Shown here in pieces: positions 39,050-52,145 of a stretch of DNA of 64,000 nt. The stretch is from Lobosporangium transversale (taxonomy: Eukaryota). The stretch lies in contig NW_019029024.1 of NCBI RefSeq assembly GCF_002105155.1, forward strand, positions 1 through 64,000. The letters are read 5' to 3'. Made by a program: the position numbers and the translations under genes. The notes beneath the pieces are model-generated. The model had not been told where the DNA came from, did no database searches, and worked only from the letters and a program-made list of their open reading frames with translations. The stretch's first letter is position 1. The number at the start of each line of letters is the position of its first letter.

Positions 39050-40584
39050 ATGAGCACAAACAATAACGCTGATACCCTGCCACATGTATTGATCGCAGGT
39101 GCTGGTCTCGGGGGATTGCTCCTTGCCATGTTGCTTGAGCGAGCTGGTATATCGTATACGGTATATGAGAGATCGCAGAATCTTCGTGCCTTAGGTATTT
39201 CTCGGATCATGACTATAATGATTTAGTACCATACCCAGGCACATCAAATTGTGTATTGATTTTATTTTATCCTTCATGAATGGGTAGGAGCGGCGATGGG
39301 GTTTGGGGCCAACACACTTCCAATTTTTGAGCAGCTCGGTATTCTCGATGCTACTTACGATATATCATACCCTTGTTATACGGTTCAGATGTATGATTCC
39401 AATATGAAATCCATTGGAGGATTCGACTTTGATCATTACAAGGAGCGAACCGGTTACGATACCATCATGTTTTCGAGGCCAGACCTTCATAATTTGCTTC
39501 GTTCTCATGTCCCAGCTGAGAAAATTTTGTTGGGCAAACGGATCCTATCGCTGTCGCAGGATGATGATAGTGTCACTATTAAATGCAGTGACGGTACATC
39601 CTACAAGGGCGATATCCTTGTAGGCGCTGACGGTGCATACAGCGCAGTGAGGCAGAGCCTATACCAGCTCATGGCAAAGAATGGAGAGGCGTTGGGGACA
39701 GATGCGGACGATCTGACTGCTGGACACATCTGCATGGTTGGAACCACAGGTCCATTGAGTGCTGAGAAATACCCCGCTCTCAAGGATACATTTTCACATT
39801 GCAAACGAATTGTTGCCAATGAGTCCAAGTATTCGGTAGGGCCAACCCTCTTCGGTTTCTATCCACTCCATTAGATCGCTAGATACTTATATACTATTTC
39901 TTTCTCCTGTTGGCCTATTTAGTGGTCAGTAGTAACGGTGCCTGGAAATCGGATATGTTGGGCCGTTATCCTTCAATTGGACAGTACAGAGTCCAAAGAT
40001 GCGGCATTCCGGAACTCAGAATGGGGACCTGAATCCAATGCGACAATGATAAAAGAGTGCTACAACTTCCGCAATCCTTTAGGAGGCGTCATGGGAGAAT
40101 TGATGGATGCTACCCCTATAGAAATGATCTCCAAGGTGTTTTTAGAGGATAGAATGTTTGAGACGTGGAATTATGGACGAACTGTACTTATTGGTGATGG
40201 TAAAATGAGCTCGCGATCACGATATTGAATGAAAAGGCAATTATTCTGTCTATTTTCTTTTTACCCTTTATCGATATTAATCCTTACTTCTACCTATGCT
40301 TTTTTCCCCTCTATATTTTATAAAGCTTGCCACAAGGTAAACAAGCGAAGTTTCTGTTATTCTGCCTTTAGTATTTTTTTACTCATGCACGAACAAAACA
40401 CCAATCATGAACGAAATCTAATATTTATTGTTCACCAACACTAATTACCATGACCACATTTTGCATAAATTTGTATTCATGTTCATCCGGACAGTTCCTG
40501 CCGAGTGCCGGACAAGGTATAAATTCGTGGTGATGAAAAACGTCAATTTTTTCTTTGCGCGCATTGATGTGGCACTGCAACTTC

Positions 40585-40618
<34 letters not shown>

Positions 40619-41166
40619 CAAATTATATTATTTTAACAGGAGCTCAGAGTGCGTTTCAAGACGCCGTCATTTTGGCAAACACCTTATACGACATGCCTTC
40701 ATTCACACTTGAAAACATCAAAGCAGCTTTTAAAGAATTTAAGGATCAACGTTTTGGTCCAGCGACAACCCAGATGGACAAGAGTAAAGTCATGGGTACC
40801 CTGCTTTACGGACAGGTAATAAGCAAGCCAACGCCCTCAACTGGTCATAAAAATCTTAAAAAAAAAGTCTTGATGCAATTACAAATTACAATTACCAATT
40901 TTTTTTTTTTTTATTTTTTTTTTTTTTATTATAACTATTATTTAACTCCATAGATATGGAGTGAACGCATGACACGACACATGATTTTCAACTGGATCCC
41001 TAAGAGCATTCAGACACAACAGTTCCTCAAAGATACTGCATATCGCCCGCAATGCACTTTCTTGCCATTTGTTAAGAATCGAGGCACAGTTACTGTATTG
41101 GAACAAAAGCCATCCAAGAAGCATGCAGAACAACAGACTAGAAGAGCCACTGTTGCGGTGATTTAA
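39050..41166 (+). CDS. FAD-dependent monooxygenase (group A, UbiH/salicylate hydroxylase-like) paralog 1
   Basis: LIAGAGLGGL (Rossmann fold), LVGADGAYSAVR (DG motif), RTVLIGD|ACHK|FLPSAGQ|GAQSAFQDAVILAN (GD motif), AYRPQCTFLP. Confidence 0.93.
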
Positions 41167-42963
41167 TCGTACGAAGTAACTATTTATATTTACTACACAT
41201 AAACAGTACTGCATATGCAACAACACCATGAAAAATGCGCATGTAAATATACATATACATCTAGTGAACTGAAATATAACAACACAGCAGTATTCAGTAA
41301 ATTGGGCTTTTTTGGAGAAGCAGGGCCAACAACAAAGACGCTCACACGTATACAAATAAAGCATAAAAGATTTAAGATTAATTTTTTCAGTTGAAAACCT
41401 TAATCGAATAAACGTTGAGCCATAAATCACTCTTTTTTTTTTTTTTTTTTTTTTTTAAGCAACTTGAGATTTTAGTCATAAAGTCGAGGGCTGTTTGACT
41501 GGTATCAAACCCTTGCCAATTGGGCTCAAGGCCTAAGATCACAGACCTTGCTCTTATACTTATATAATTATATACATATACATATAAAGTAAAGATAAAG
41601 TGGGTGTTACGGTCGGTAGCGGCGACGGGACTGCCTTAATTTGATATGGATGATATTCTTGTTAGAACTGATGGCCTTCAAGGTAGCGCCGTTGGAAAAG
41701 AGTTTTTATCGAAGGGCTAGCATGAATAAGGGTCTATTTGCTTCTGTCAAGAGAGGTTTTTTCCAATATCTTACATTTCTCCTGTGCTCTTAGTTCTGCC
41801 TGTATAATAAACGTATTGAAAAACGGCAAATGAATGCAATCAAAACTTGAAGAATCTGCATTTAGTGCCTTTTTTTTTTTTTTTTTTTTTTTTTGCTTGT
41901 CTGTTATTTTTATAGAAATGCTGCATGCCTACCCTTACCCTAGACATGATGATTCACCTTGAACATTTTGTTTATAAATCACCAAGGCTGCATATTGCTC
42001 TATGAGTCAAAGAGAGAAGAGAGTGTTGTGTAATTTTTCTTTCTAGATTGCACGTGGGGTTACAAAGAAAGAAAAAAACGCGTTCAATCAAATGAGCCCA
42101 ATTTGCTAGGTTTGGCAAGCAAATTTGCCTGCCAGGTGACACAGAATTCAAGGCGCCGTAGGAGCACAGTGCGATAATAACTCGACCAATGAAAAGCAAT
42201 AGCAAGCACGCTTCTTTGGAAGGAGCGGCTGATATTGCCTCTAAGGGGGAAAAATTGACCTTTGTCTTTGAATGAAATCTCCCATATCGCGATATCCAAA
42301 GATAGAGGGGACGGTGGTGTGTAGAATAATAGTTTCTCCTTGTGATCCCGAAGCAATTGAAGGAGCAATCTAAATGAGTCTTTCATACATTTGATCTTCT
42401 ATGCTAGGTCGGACCAGGAAGACCACCTTTAGAGGGATTTTATCTACGGGTTATTTCGACTCAATAAATAATTGGAAAGATTTTGATCCCGGTCATCTGA
42501 TAGTCAAGACAACTCTACTCCAAGAAGCTTTCTCTGATTACATAGTCCGACATGCACTTGCTGGGCCTTTGCCTTCAAGAGACTGGCATTCGTAGCAGAG
42601 TGCGGAAAACGGCGCTTCAGAATGGTTTCTGTCATCAGATGGCTGACATGCCTAGCTTATTTGAAGACCTATATAGGCCAATGAAGGTCGCCGTTACTAA
42701 AGAGGGCTGTAAGTGACAGAGCAGTGGCTACCATCGTTTGACAGTTACTAGCAATGGAAGAGTTACGTTCATCTATGCCCATAAATAGCAACAATAACAA
42801 TAAAAATAACAATAACAATAGAAAAAAGTCATCGTTCACCTCTTGTTTTTTATTTTAATGCAATGTTCTTTATTATCTGCCGAGTTAGAATGAATACTGA
42901 CAAGACAGATAACGAAAAAAGGCGAAATGAGACTGAAGGGTATGGGTTGCGGTTATAGGGGCA

Positions 42964-44052
42964 CTATTTTGGAACGGAACGCGTACATGCCTGGCGTGGT
43001 CTGTTTTTAAAGATATCACTCTGGCTGGACCACATGACGTATTCGTTCACACCCTTAACAAGAACCAAGTTGCCATCGTTTTGTATAGTCATCCTGTATT
43101 TACCCAGGTTGGCTCTGTTAGGCTCCCTTGTGCAGTGAAACGGAATGCCTTCGGCCATTTGGACCAGACAAAGCGCTCCGGTGTTGGTGAGGTGAATATA
43201 AAACTCCTTGCCTTTCCAGTTGATACCGTGATTCCAGCACCAGTACATGTTGGGCTGAGGAGTATAGTACCATAGACAGAGATTACCATCATCTTGGACG
43301 TAGAGGCGCGCACCATTGTCGGACCACAGACTTTGGCCTGGACGGAGGAACTCTCCATCAATTAGGGTGTCTGGACCTTTGCAAGCCGCAAAGGCATTGT
43401 CCGCTCGCTTGCAAATAGGGCCATTGCGGGGTGGAGGCTTAAACTTCGGGAAGAGGTCATCGAGAGTAAGGTTGGTGCGCACCAGGGGAGGAAGCCCCCC
43501 TGTGAGGAGGCCTTTTGTAGTGTTTGATTTCAATTGAGGGTGTAGGCTATGGGTACCATCCGAGAGAGACATCCTCTTGAGATCTGGATGCCCTATCCTA
43601 TTAATATCGTAAAAGATCGTACCAAGGGCGCATCCAGAATCCGACTCGAGCCCGATACCGCCATGGTTATACAGTGTGGGGTTCTCAGTATCAATTAACG
43701 ACTTCATCCAATCGGTCAGCATGTTTACACCATATAAAACATCGCCCGTGCTGAGTCCGTTATCATAACGATTATTTACTGCGTCGAAGTACGATCCAAA
43801 AACGTTGAGCCATATGTCTATTATGTAATCTGTATTGGAATCCGCTACTCTCGCTGAGAAAGTGCCAGTGAATGCTCTATGAGCCACCTCCCCACTCACG
43901 GAAATGGCTAGCCTGGTCATTGACCCCGCCACACGCCTGGCAGAAACACCCAATAGTGAAGGGCCTGGCAAGCTTTCCTTATGAAATCGAATGGCAAGGA
44001 CATATTGAGGCACAAGGAGGGCTAGAGCAGCCAGATATTTGAAGGTCAGCAT
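42964..44052 (-). CDS. Secreted protein with unknown N-terminal domain and C-terminal bulb-type (GNA-like) lectin domain
   Basis: Signal peptide MLTFKYLAALALLVPQYVLA; L..GQSLWSDNG, LYVQDDGNLCLW, MTIQNDGNLVL and VMWSS motifs. Intronless. Confidence 0.8.
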   Translation of the reverse strand: MLTFKYLAALALLVPQYVLAIRFHKESLPGPSLLGVSARRVAGSMTRLAISVSGEVAHRAFTGTFSARVADSNTDYIIDIWLNVFGSYFDAVNNRYDNGLSTGDVLYGVNMLTDWMKSLIDTENPTLYNHGGIGLESDSGCALGTIFYDINRIGHPDLKRMSLSDGTHSLHPQLKSNTTKGLLTGGLPPLVRTNLTLDDLFPKFKPPPRNGPICKRADNAFAACKGPDTLIDGEFLRPGQSLWSDNGARLYVQDDGNLCLWYYTPQPNMYWCWNHGINWKGKEFYIHLTNTGALCLVQMAEGIPFHCTREPNRANLGKYRMTIQNDGNLVLVKGVNEYVMWSSQSDIFKNRPRQACTRSVPK

Positions 44053-44994
44053 GACGGCTTGATCCGAGAGCCTTGTTGATGGCTATTGGTGAAATGGAGA
44101 GATAGAAGAAAATAATGAGAACGGCTGATTCAGTACAGGGTTATGCCAGGACGCGTCCAAAACGTAAGCCGGTATACTTACAGTTGGGCTGCTGGAAAAA
44201 AAAGAAGGACGACTCAGGGAGAGGAGGAATGAAGGAACGGAAGGGAGAGAGAGAAAATTAAGCCCAAGGTGTTCTGGAGCAGAAACGACGTATCTCTTAT
44301 ATATATATATATATATATATAAATATAATAGCTTGGCATAGGAATATCCGGGATTTTTTTGTTCATGCATGTCCAGCAGCGCGATTTAGGTTGCGATGTT
44401 GATGTAGCCAAGTCTCCTGTGCCTGCCTGGCGCTGCTGTGCAATCGTTCTATAATCTCATATTTCTATGTGAATCATCATAAACGGGCTCCTGCCATCAG
44501 CTCATGCTAATGTCGTGTTTGAACACCGCTGCTGTGTCAAAGAACAGGCCATAACGGAGTTTGTTGGGTATATAATGTCTAAAAGAGGAGGGAGAGTAGA
44601 AGGAAGTGGTTGAGAAGGTTATAGGAGCATTGAAAAACGATGCAGACACAAGAGGGGTTTCAATTTAATATTTTGTATTTTGTGCAACACCTTTCTGCTG
44701 GACGCTTTGCTTTTAATGGTGCACTATCATATATACTTTTAGGACGCCAAGGCGGATAAGGTGGATTGTTATCAATCGAGAAAGGCAAGGCATGCAAGAG
44801 CAGTGGCTCTCCAATGTTGCGTTAAAAAGTTGACTCAGGAACTTGGGGATATGAGGCTTTTTTTTTTTTTTTTTTTTTTCGATTTAAATGCAAGGTGGGA
44901 CAAAGGAATTGCGCCGTGGGTTTCTTTTTGTGTATGGTACATTATATCTTTATCAGCCTTCTTCTGTTTACCTCTGTCCTTACTTACATGCGCT

Positions 44995-46482
44995 ATGGAG
45001 CCGCACTATCTACAGACACGGCGTCATCCGCTGCTCCTGCCCGAGATCCTTCATTGCCTTGGTCGATTCATCCCTCTTTGGCCTTTCAATATTGATTTTA
45101 TCGATTCCGGACAGCCTCAAATATTCGATGCAAAAACCCTGTTGGCTTGCCTGCTCGTCTGTCGAACTTGGTATTCAGCTCTCCATCCTTTCCTCTGGCA
45201 TACCTTCGATGCTCGATATGAGGTGTGCCCTATCTTTAGCCGTGTCTTACCAGAAACCCTGAAGAAGAACGCCAACCATATCCGTTCCTTCATCGCAGGC
45301 CCCACCTTCATGTTCACTCTTACGGACACATTACACCTCCCTAAACTTGCCGAGCTTGTTTTCGACAGCTTTTCTGATTTGAGGACGGACAGAGGATCTT
45401 ACATAGAGTCGTCCGAATCCTTGATGATCGTCCGCAACCCGCATATCAAAAAACTTGGTTGGAAAGGTCCTTATGTGGACATATTCAAGAGGCATCCGCT
45501 CAAAATCGAGCCCCTCATAGGCCTCCAATGTCTGACAGTGTTGGACCTCATGGGCTGGGATGCGTCGGGGGGCGCTCTCAGGCATGTCCTCTGTGCTGTT
45601 GCCAACACGATCACTTGGATAAAACTGCTTAATGTTTATGGTGTTGAGGACAGAGACGTCATGGACATTTCTTTGCCATTGGTCTCTATCTTGGAGATCG
45701 AGATATTAAACGAAAGAAGTGAAGGTGTAGAGAGGCTACCCCATTGTTGTCCCAAATTAGGCCACCTGAAGTTATGGTTCCAGCTAAGGGCCACTAGGGA
45801 TCCAGGCTTTCTGTCAGATTATTTCAGGTCTATCAAATCCCCCTCATTGGCCTCGTTCGAGATGTGTGAACCATATGAAAATGGGATCGTTGAGGCGATT
45901 CAGGGCTTTGAGGTGCTAAAAGCGTGCACGTTCATGACCACAGATCTAAACGTGACTATTACAGAGGCGATCTTAAGATGCCATGCGTGCACGCTCACAA
46001 GGCTTAGCATCAGCTTACAAAATACATTAACTTTTAATATTTTGAACGTACAAAAGCAAGTCGAAGTTTTCACCATTATATTAGAACGCTGTCGAGGGTT
46101 GGAGGAGTTAGCGCTCATCGCTTTTGGTGTCTACTTCACAGATGTTATGCTACTAGAGGAGATGTTTAAGCGGCCCTGGGGCTGCCATAAGCTGAGGAGG
46201 TTCGAGATAGATGGTCTAAGGTCGACTCTGCCTGTAGAAGAAGAGGGCCACGAGATCCATAGCTCATCGCTTCTGGCGCTATTACCGCTACCAGTGGGTT
46301 ATGGGTGGTGTATACAAAGATGCCAGGCGGTAACTAGGGCAGTCTACAAGATACGGAACAGATTCCTGCGTCAACTATTGGAGTATGTGCAAGAGTTTTC
46401 AGACCTAAGAACCATCCAGTTGAACAGTATCACCTTCGTCCGGGGCAGCATGCCAGCCAGCAATTCAGTAGCAAAGAGATAG
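44995..46482 (+). CDS. F-box protein with degenerate LRR/RNI-like region
   Basis: HPLLLPEILHCLGRF...LLACLLVCRTWYSALHPFLW (F-box), followed by CPKLGHL, CRGLEEL and PWGCHKLRRFEI repeats. Intronless. Confidence 0.85.
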   Translation: MEPHYLQTRRHPLLLPEILHCLGRFIPLWPFNIDFIDSGQPQIFDAKTLLACLLVCRTWYSALHPFLWHTFDARYEVCPIFSRVLPETLKKNANHIRSFIAGPTFMFTLTDTLHLPKLAELVFDSFSDLRTDRGSYIESSESLMIVRNPHIKKLGWKGPYVDIFKRHPLKIEPLIGLQCLTVLDLMGWDASGGALRHVLCAVANTITWIKLLNVYGVEDRDVMDISLPLVSILEIEILNERSEGVERLPHCCPKLGHLKLWFQLRATRDPGFLSDYFRSIKSPSLASFEMCEPYENGIVEAIQGFEVLKACTFMTTDLNVTITEAILRCHACTLTRLSISLQNTLTFNILNVQKQVEVFTIILERCRGLEELALIAFGVYFTDVMLLEEMFKRPWGCHKLRRFEIDGLRSTLPVEEEGHEIHSSSLLALLPLPVGYGWCIQRCQAVTRAVYKIRNRFLRQLLEYVQEFSDLRTIQLNSITFVRGSMPASNSVAKR

Positions 46483-46926
46483 AGAAGATAGAAAAATAAA
46501 GAGTGGCTGGTGTTTTTTTTTTCTTCCTCATCCTTGTAAATCATTAAAACGACCATTTCCATATCACATTCGCTGGTCTTTAAAAAAGACATAACGACGC
46601 TCTTCATGTAGGCATCCTATAAGACGTATTCTGTGTATTTTAAATGTCTGATTGCCTCCATTGGCCTTACGGTAGGAGAGAGTTGTGGATAGAGTTCAGG
46701 CGCTCTGGCTAACACATGAAAGAAAAAAAAAAAAAAAAAAAAAAAAAAGCATCATTCATGGCTGCACGAGCCCAATTAGAGCAAAGAAAAGTTAACATTG
46801 ACTTAATTTCAACTTTAATTTTTTTACAGAGCATAGAAGAAATGAGGATGAATAATTAAAGAAGTATAATAATAGTAATGATAGTATGTCAAACTCGAGT
46901 AAAATATTATAAATGTAGTGTACATC

Positions 46927-48930
46927 TTAAACTGAGGCAGCTTTTGGAGTCCTCTCTTTTGCATAGCGCTCAGAGACCTTCTGTGGGGTAACTGGGAGTA
47001 CGCCACGGTTCTCAATATATTCCAGGAATGTAGCTTGAGGTCTATAAGAAGCATCCTTGAGGAACTGCTCCATTTGTATTCTCTTTGGGATCCAATTGAA
47101 GACGATATGACGGAGTATCCGTTCCTTCCAAGTCTGTTTGTAAAAAAAAAAAAGAAAAAAAAGAAAAGAAAGTACCTGACTTTAGTACTTTTCAATTTTT
47201 TTTCATCATAGAACCCAGATCTTTCCTAGATGGTTTTCATCTCTCTTTTTCTTTTGTTATTATTATTATTCATACCTGACCAAGTTGAAGAGTCCCCATG
47301 AACTTGCTCTTGTTCATCATTCTTTTTACGGGTGCATAACGCTCGTCAAAATATGTCTTGAAGGCTGTTGTGATATTGGCAGGAGTCACTTCTCCCATTT
47401 CGTAAATACAATTGGCAAGGACGACAGCATCTTGCATTGCGTTCACAGCACCTTGGCCAGCAGTTGGCAAGAACTATTTCAAAAAAAATAAAAATAAAAA
47501 AGGATGCTCCGTTAGAATAAGAATACAAGAGAAAAAAAAAAAAAAAAAAAAAAAAAAGAAATCGCAATTTTTCATTATTTTTGGAATTACCTTGTGGGCG
47601 GCTAAGAAGCAGATTCAGATGGTAAAAAAAAAAAATTAGATATCAAGTAAAAATAGATAATATCATCAATATTCGCAGCCAGGCATTAAAAAAAAAAAAA
47701 AAAAAAAAAAAAAGGAAGAACAGTAAGAGAGGCAGGAGCTTACCATCGCCGATGAGGACAGTTCTACCATGGTACCAAGTCTCGAATAGCTTTTCTTCCA
47801 AAAAGACATTGGAGATCTTTTCCTTCGGCGTACTATCGATTAAGTCTTGGACAGTACCTCCTCCGGGAGATTTGCTAGTAAAGACTTTGCCCATGATACT
47901 GCCATCAGCATCTGAAGTCCATTCCGAGTTGCGGAACCTGGTGTCTTTAGAGGCCCTTGAGGAATCGAGTTGCATCGTAACACCCCAGCACAATCGGTTC
48001 TCACGCATGTTGACTGTGTGCCACTGTTTTTGTATATGTCAAAAAAAAAAAAAAAAAAAAAAAATTAATACATTTGATCTATGTGTTTTGCCAGAGGAGA
48101 TTGTATTCATGTATTTGTTTTTGTTTTTGTTTTCGTTTTTACCGTAAAAGGCGCACCACTGTTGATGATACGTTGAAAATGCGCAGTTCCGTTAGTAACG
48201 GTAGGGAACTTTTCAGGGTCCAAGGAGTCTGTTGTTCCAACCATGCATAAATGTCCCATCTTCAGCTCTTCTCTATCAGAAGCAGGCAAGAATCCTTTCC
48301 TGTCCAAATGTTTGTACAATCCCTGTCGGACTCCCGAATAAGCACCATCTGCGCCAACGACAATATCACCATGGTAAGTAGATCCATCCGCCATCCTCAA
48401 CATCACCCCAATCTCATTCTGTTCCAGCGATAAAACCCGCTTCGAAAACACGACTTTTTCCTTTGGGATATGTGAATACAACAGCGCATGGAATTCGGGT
48501 CTCGTAAACATGATAGTGGGGTATCCGGTTAACTCTTTATAATTGCTGAAATCGATTCCTGACATGAATTTAAACTCGGTATCCAGCATGTCCAATGCCT
48601 TGGCAGGCTGAGAAATGGCCAGCATTTCCTCCAGAATACCAAGTTGTTCAAATACAGGTAAAATATTAGCACCGAACCCCATTGCTGACCCTAAATAAAA
48701 AAAAATCAAGTATGACCGATCAGGTTTGTCAGTCCAATTATCCTTTTGTCCTTTGTCTTTTTTTTTATTATTATTATTTATTTTTTTTTATTACCCAGGC
48801 ATCTAATTTCTGGTGCTCGTTCATAGATCATGTATGGCACATTTTGGCGTTCCAAGAGTAGGCCAAGGAAAAGACCGCCGATGCCAGCACCGGCAATCAA
48901 TACCATTGGAGGTGTAATTTGTGAACTCAT
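46927..48930 (-). CDS. FAD-dependent monooxygenase paralog 2
   Basis: MSSQITPPMVLIAGAGIGGL; VVGADGAYSGVRQ; RTVLIGD|AAHK|FLPTAGQGAVNAMQDAVVLAN; SYRPQATFL...KAASV stop. Confidence 0.93.
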
Positions 48931-49564
48931 TATGTGGTTGTTAAATGAGAATTAAAAAAAAAAAAAAATGGTGATAATAAAAAAGGAGAGGAGGAAGAGA
49001 GGGAGAGAGAAGAGAGAATAGAGAAGAGAGAGAAGAGAAGAGGAGGTCAAGCTAAAAAAGAGAATGAGAATGAGAATGAGCGAGGGAAAAATGTGGTTTT
49101 ACTGCTGTGTGCGTACAATTTGCGAGCGATTGGCCAATTACAATCATTCATTCCGGTCAACGCCCTCCTTTCCTTAACTGCGCCTGTACTACGCTCCAGC
49201 TCTCATTATCTGGATGTCGAAAAGAAGAAAGAAAAAGAAAAAGTCGGTCTCGATGTGATTATGAACAATCAAGGTCCGACATAATATTGGCGCATGAACA
49301 GGTGCCACAATCAAAGAGCCAGGGACACAAGCAAAGAGTCGGGGCGCTGTTTAATTGATCCTTGCGTTCTGGACCAAGTCATAGCGTCTCTTCTTCTTTT
49401 CTTTCCTTTGTGCATAAACTAACCTATCCAATGGATAGTTTAATCCGGTGGACGTGCATATCGCTGATGAAGCAAGGATAGGAATGCACGGATGAATAAA
49501 TTGATCTTTATGAAGGGGGAAATTTGAATGATCGGATAACATGCATCTTTTGTTGTTGCTGTTG

Positions 49565-49597
<33 letters not shown>

Positions 49598-52145
49598 CCT
49601 AATCATGTACTTGTCGCTGACAGCTGTCAGGTTAGTTTTGGAACAATTAAATCCTTTACAGATTTTTTTTTTTTTTTTGAAGTTGAACAATGTAAATTTA
49701 ATTTTTAGATGTGAAAGATCTTTAAACAGTTTAGCTTATTGTTATAAGTAGCAAAGGAGGGATATTGCAGTATGATTGGTCGCCACTGCTACTGCCGCTG
49801 CCACTGTCTTTCGCTTCTTGGTGTGCATCCCAGGGATGGCATATGCATATTGTGCGCCCTTCACCAACCTTCATTCCTTGCCAATGAACCATCACCATCC
49901 AAGTAGTGATCTAGTAATTTGATGTTTTTGATCACTCGTTATGGATACGTCCCCTGGCCTGTTCATGTATTAAATTCTCATATACTGGGACATGTATGCA
50001 GTATATATGCCGGGCTCATTACCCTTATTCCACATACTCACTGGAAGGCAGGTTACGGATGCCTTTGTAAATTGTGAAAACGACCCATGCCAAAAGCTCC
50101 TCTCTCGACATGTTTCAACAAAAGGTGTCGAGGCATCTCCTATGCCTTCTTCGATGTCGTACCGTCGTCGTATGTTCTGCAGTGACGCGGAAGAGAAAGC
50201 AGAGCATCAAAGACATCGTCCTTCATTTGCACGGACCACATTCAATATCGTTAATGATGTTTATTTCCTGTGTTTTTCTAAGGTACCCTAGCCGTTTTTT
50301 TTTTTTTTTTTTTTTTGAGCTCTTTCATTCTGGCCCGGGCGACTACATGAAGATATTGAGAAAAAACAAAGTTATTCAGCCAAATAAGCGATTTAAGCAC
50401 GCGCTTCAACTTCCTTTCTGGGGAATACAAATAGGCTTTTTTTTTTTTTTTTTTTTTGCTCACAGACAATATGGACAATAAGAAAAGGTATGAGCGGCGG
50501 CAATGAAGGCGGCTTGGGAAGGATAAGTAGAGAAGGACACAGACTTTTGCTTCATGACTTTCTGTAATCCAAGTATGGCCATTTATGTGTGAGGAAAAGA
50601 TTACATTTATCATCCGCTCTGTCAACCTGTGGCATACTCTTGATACAAAGTATAAAAAAATAAAAAAATAAAAAAATAAAACGCGTAATCTAGCATTTGT
50701 CGTACCACCCTATCGTTAATTGGTGATCACCCAAGTTGCTCTGTATGTATAGTCAAGTATATATAGTGAATAGAAACAATATCAGCGAGAGTGAATGGAT
50801 GGTATATACAAAAAATGGCAACAGTGGGAGTTAAGGGACAAATATGCGTGGTGAGGATAGCCAGCACATTTAGTCTTTAGGCCTTCTTCTCAGCTGAACG
50901 ACCCCTTTGTCAGGCTATAGGGGCAAAGATCTCCTCAGCAGACCAATTTTATTATTTGTTTATATAAGAATGATCCATCTATAATCCTGTAGTGGCAAGC
51001 AAGGTTGCTAATCAGACAATAGTGCTTATTGAGATGTCCCTAGATCACGAACTCGAGCAAGATTTAGGAGGCCCCGGGCTCAGACTGGGAGACAATGCAA
51101 AGCTGAGGCTTTCCAATCTTGTTCAGAGAAAGATGAGACCAAGATTGGCTCAACGCCTCGCAAAGTGCTTTTATCATTATTATTATTATTATTTTTCTTA
51201 TCCTACATTTTTATATTTCATAAAGCCATAATCTTTATTCCTACATTTGCATTTATGTTGACCATCTCTCCTTCTTTTTAGCATCACCTATTCTCTTCCT
51301 TACTTTGGTTCATTCAACAGCTTGATCAAGGCCAAGGCCAAACTCACTTGGGGATAAAAAGAGAAGGCTCTGGTTTTTCCGTGTGTGCCATGTGCATGAT
51401 TGTTCCTTTTTGAAGAGGAGGCGTCAATGCGGTGCAAAATGCAGGAGGCCTTGGTAGCTTAACTCAATTATAACTCTTCATTCCACTTCATCAGTACCAA
51501 AGACCATTGCCAATAACACTACACATGCTACATGCATATAAAAACCAATGCAGAAGGCAGCAAACTCAGGTTCCAGGATCATGTAGGTGTCCAATAAAGA
51601 CTTTTTCCTCTCACCCTCTCCTTCCTCCCCTAGCTTTTTTTTTTTTTTTTTTTTTTGTTCATGGGTATTCTTCGTCATCAATGGAGCATTGATATTGGAG
51701 TATAAATACAGCAATCTTTCATTGGTTCTGCTTTAGCAGTTCATCCCCCTTCCCCTCCTTCTCCTTGACTTTTTGTCTGAACGGATTTTGAGGCAAGTTA
51801 TCCTACCACAGTCCTAAATAGTATTTAGTTTCGCATGAACCTACAAGGAGCCTTTTTTCTTTTTTCTTTTTAATAATTCATAAGAGCACAAAAGCAATAT
51901 TCAAATTTTGCCTGGAGGAAGCAAGCAAAAGCATACGGCCATTTCTCACGTCCATTAACTGTTATATAGAAAAGATATTGGGTTCCTTCTCAAAGCTTTT
52001 GCATATCATATTCACGTACACACTTGTACATGTACTCGCTGCCTTTTTTTTTTTTTTTTTTTTTCTTCTCATTACATTTCATTAAGTTGGGCTATATATG
52101 CATATCGTTTGTTGAATAGGAGGGAGGGGGGAGGAGGAGGAGTCA

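Noticed and set aside
44761..44994. N-terminal extension of the F-box ORF
   Set aside because: It starts at GTG and runs through a poly(T) tract; the ATG at 44995 fits the family.
50104..50132. Small inverted repeat CTCGACA...TGTCGAG
   Set aside because: A 7-bp stem is expected by chance and no ncRNA motif was recognised.
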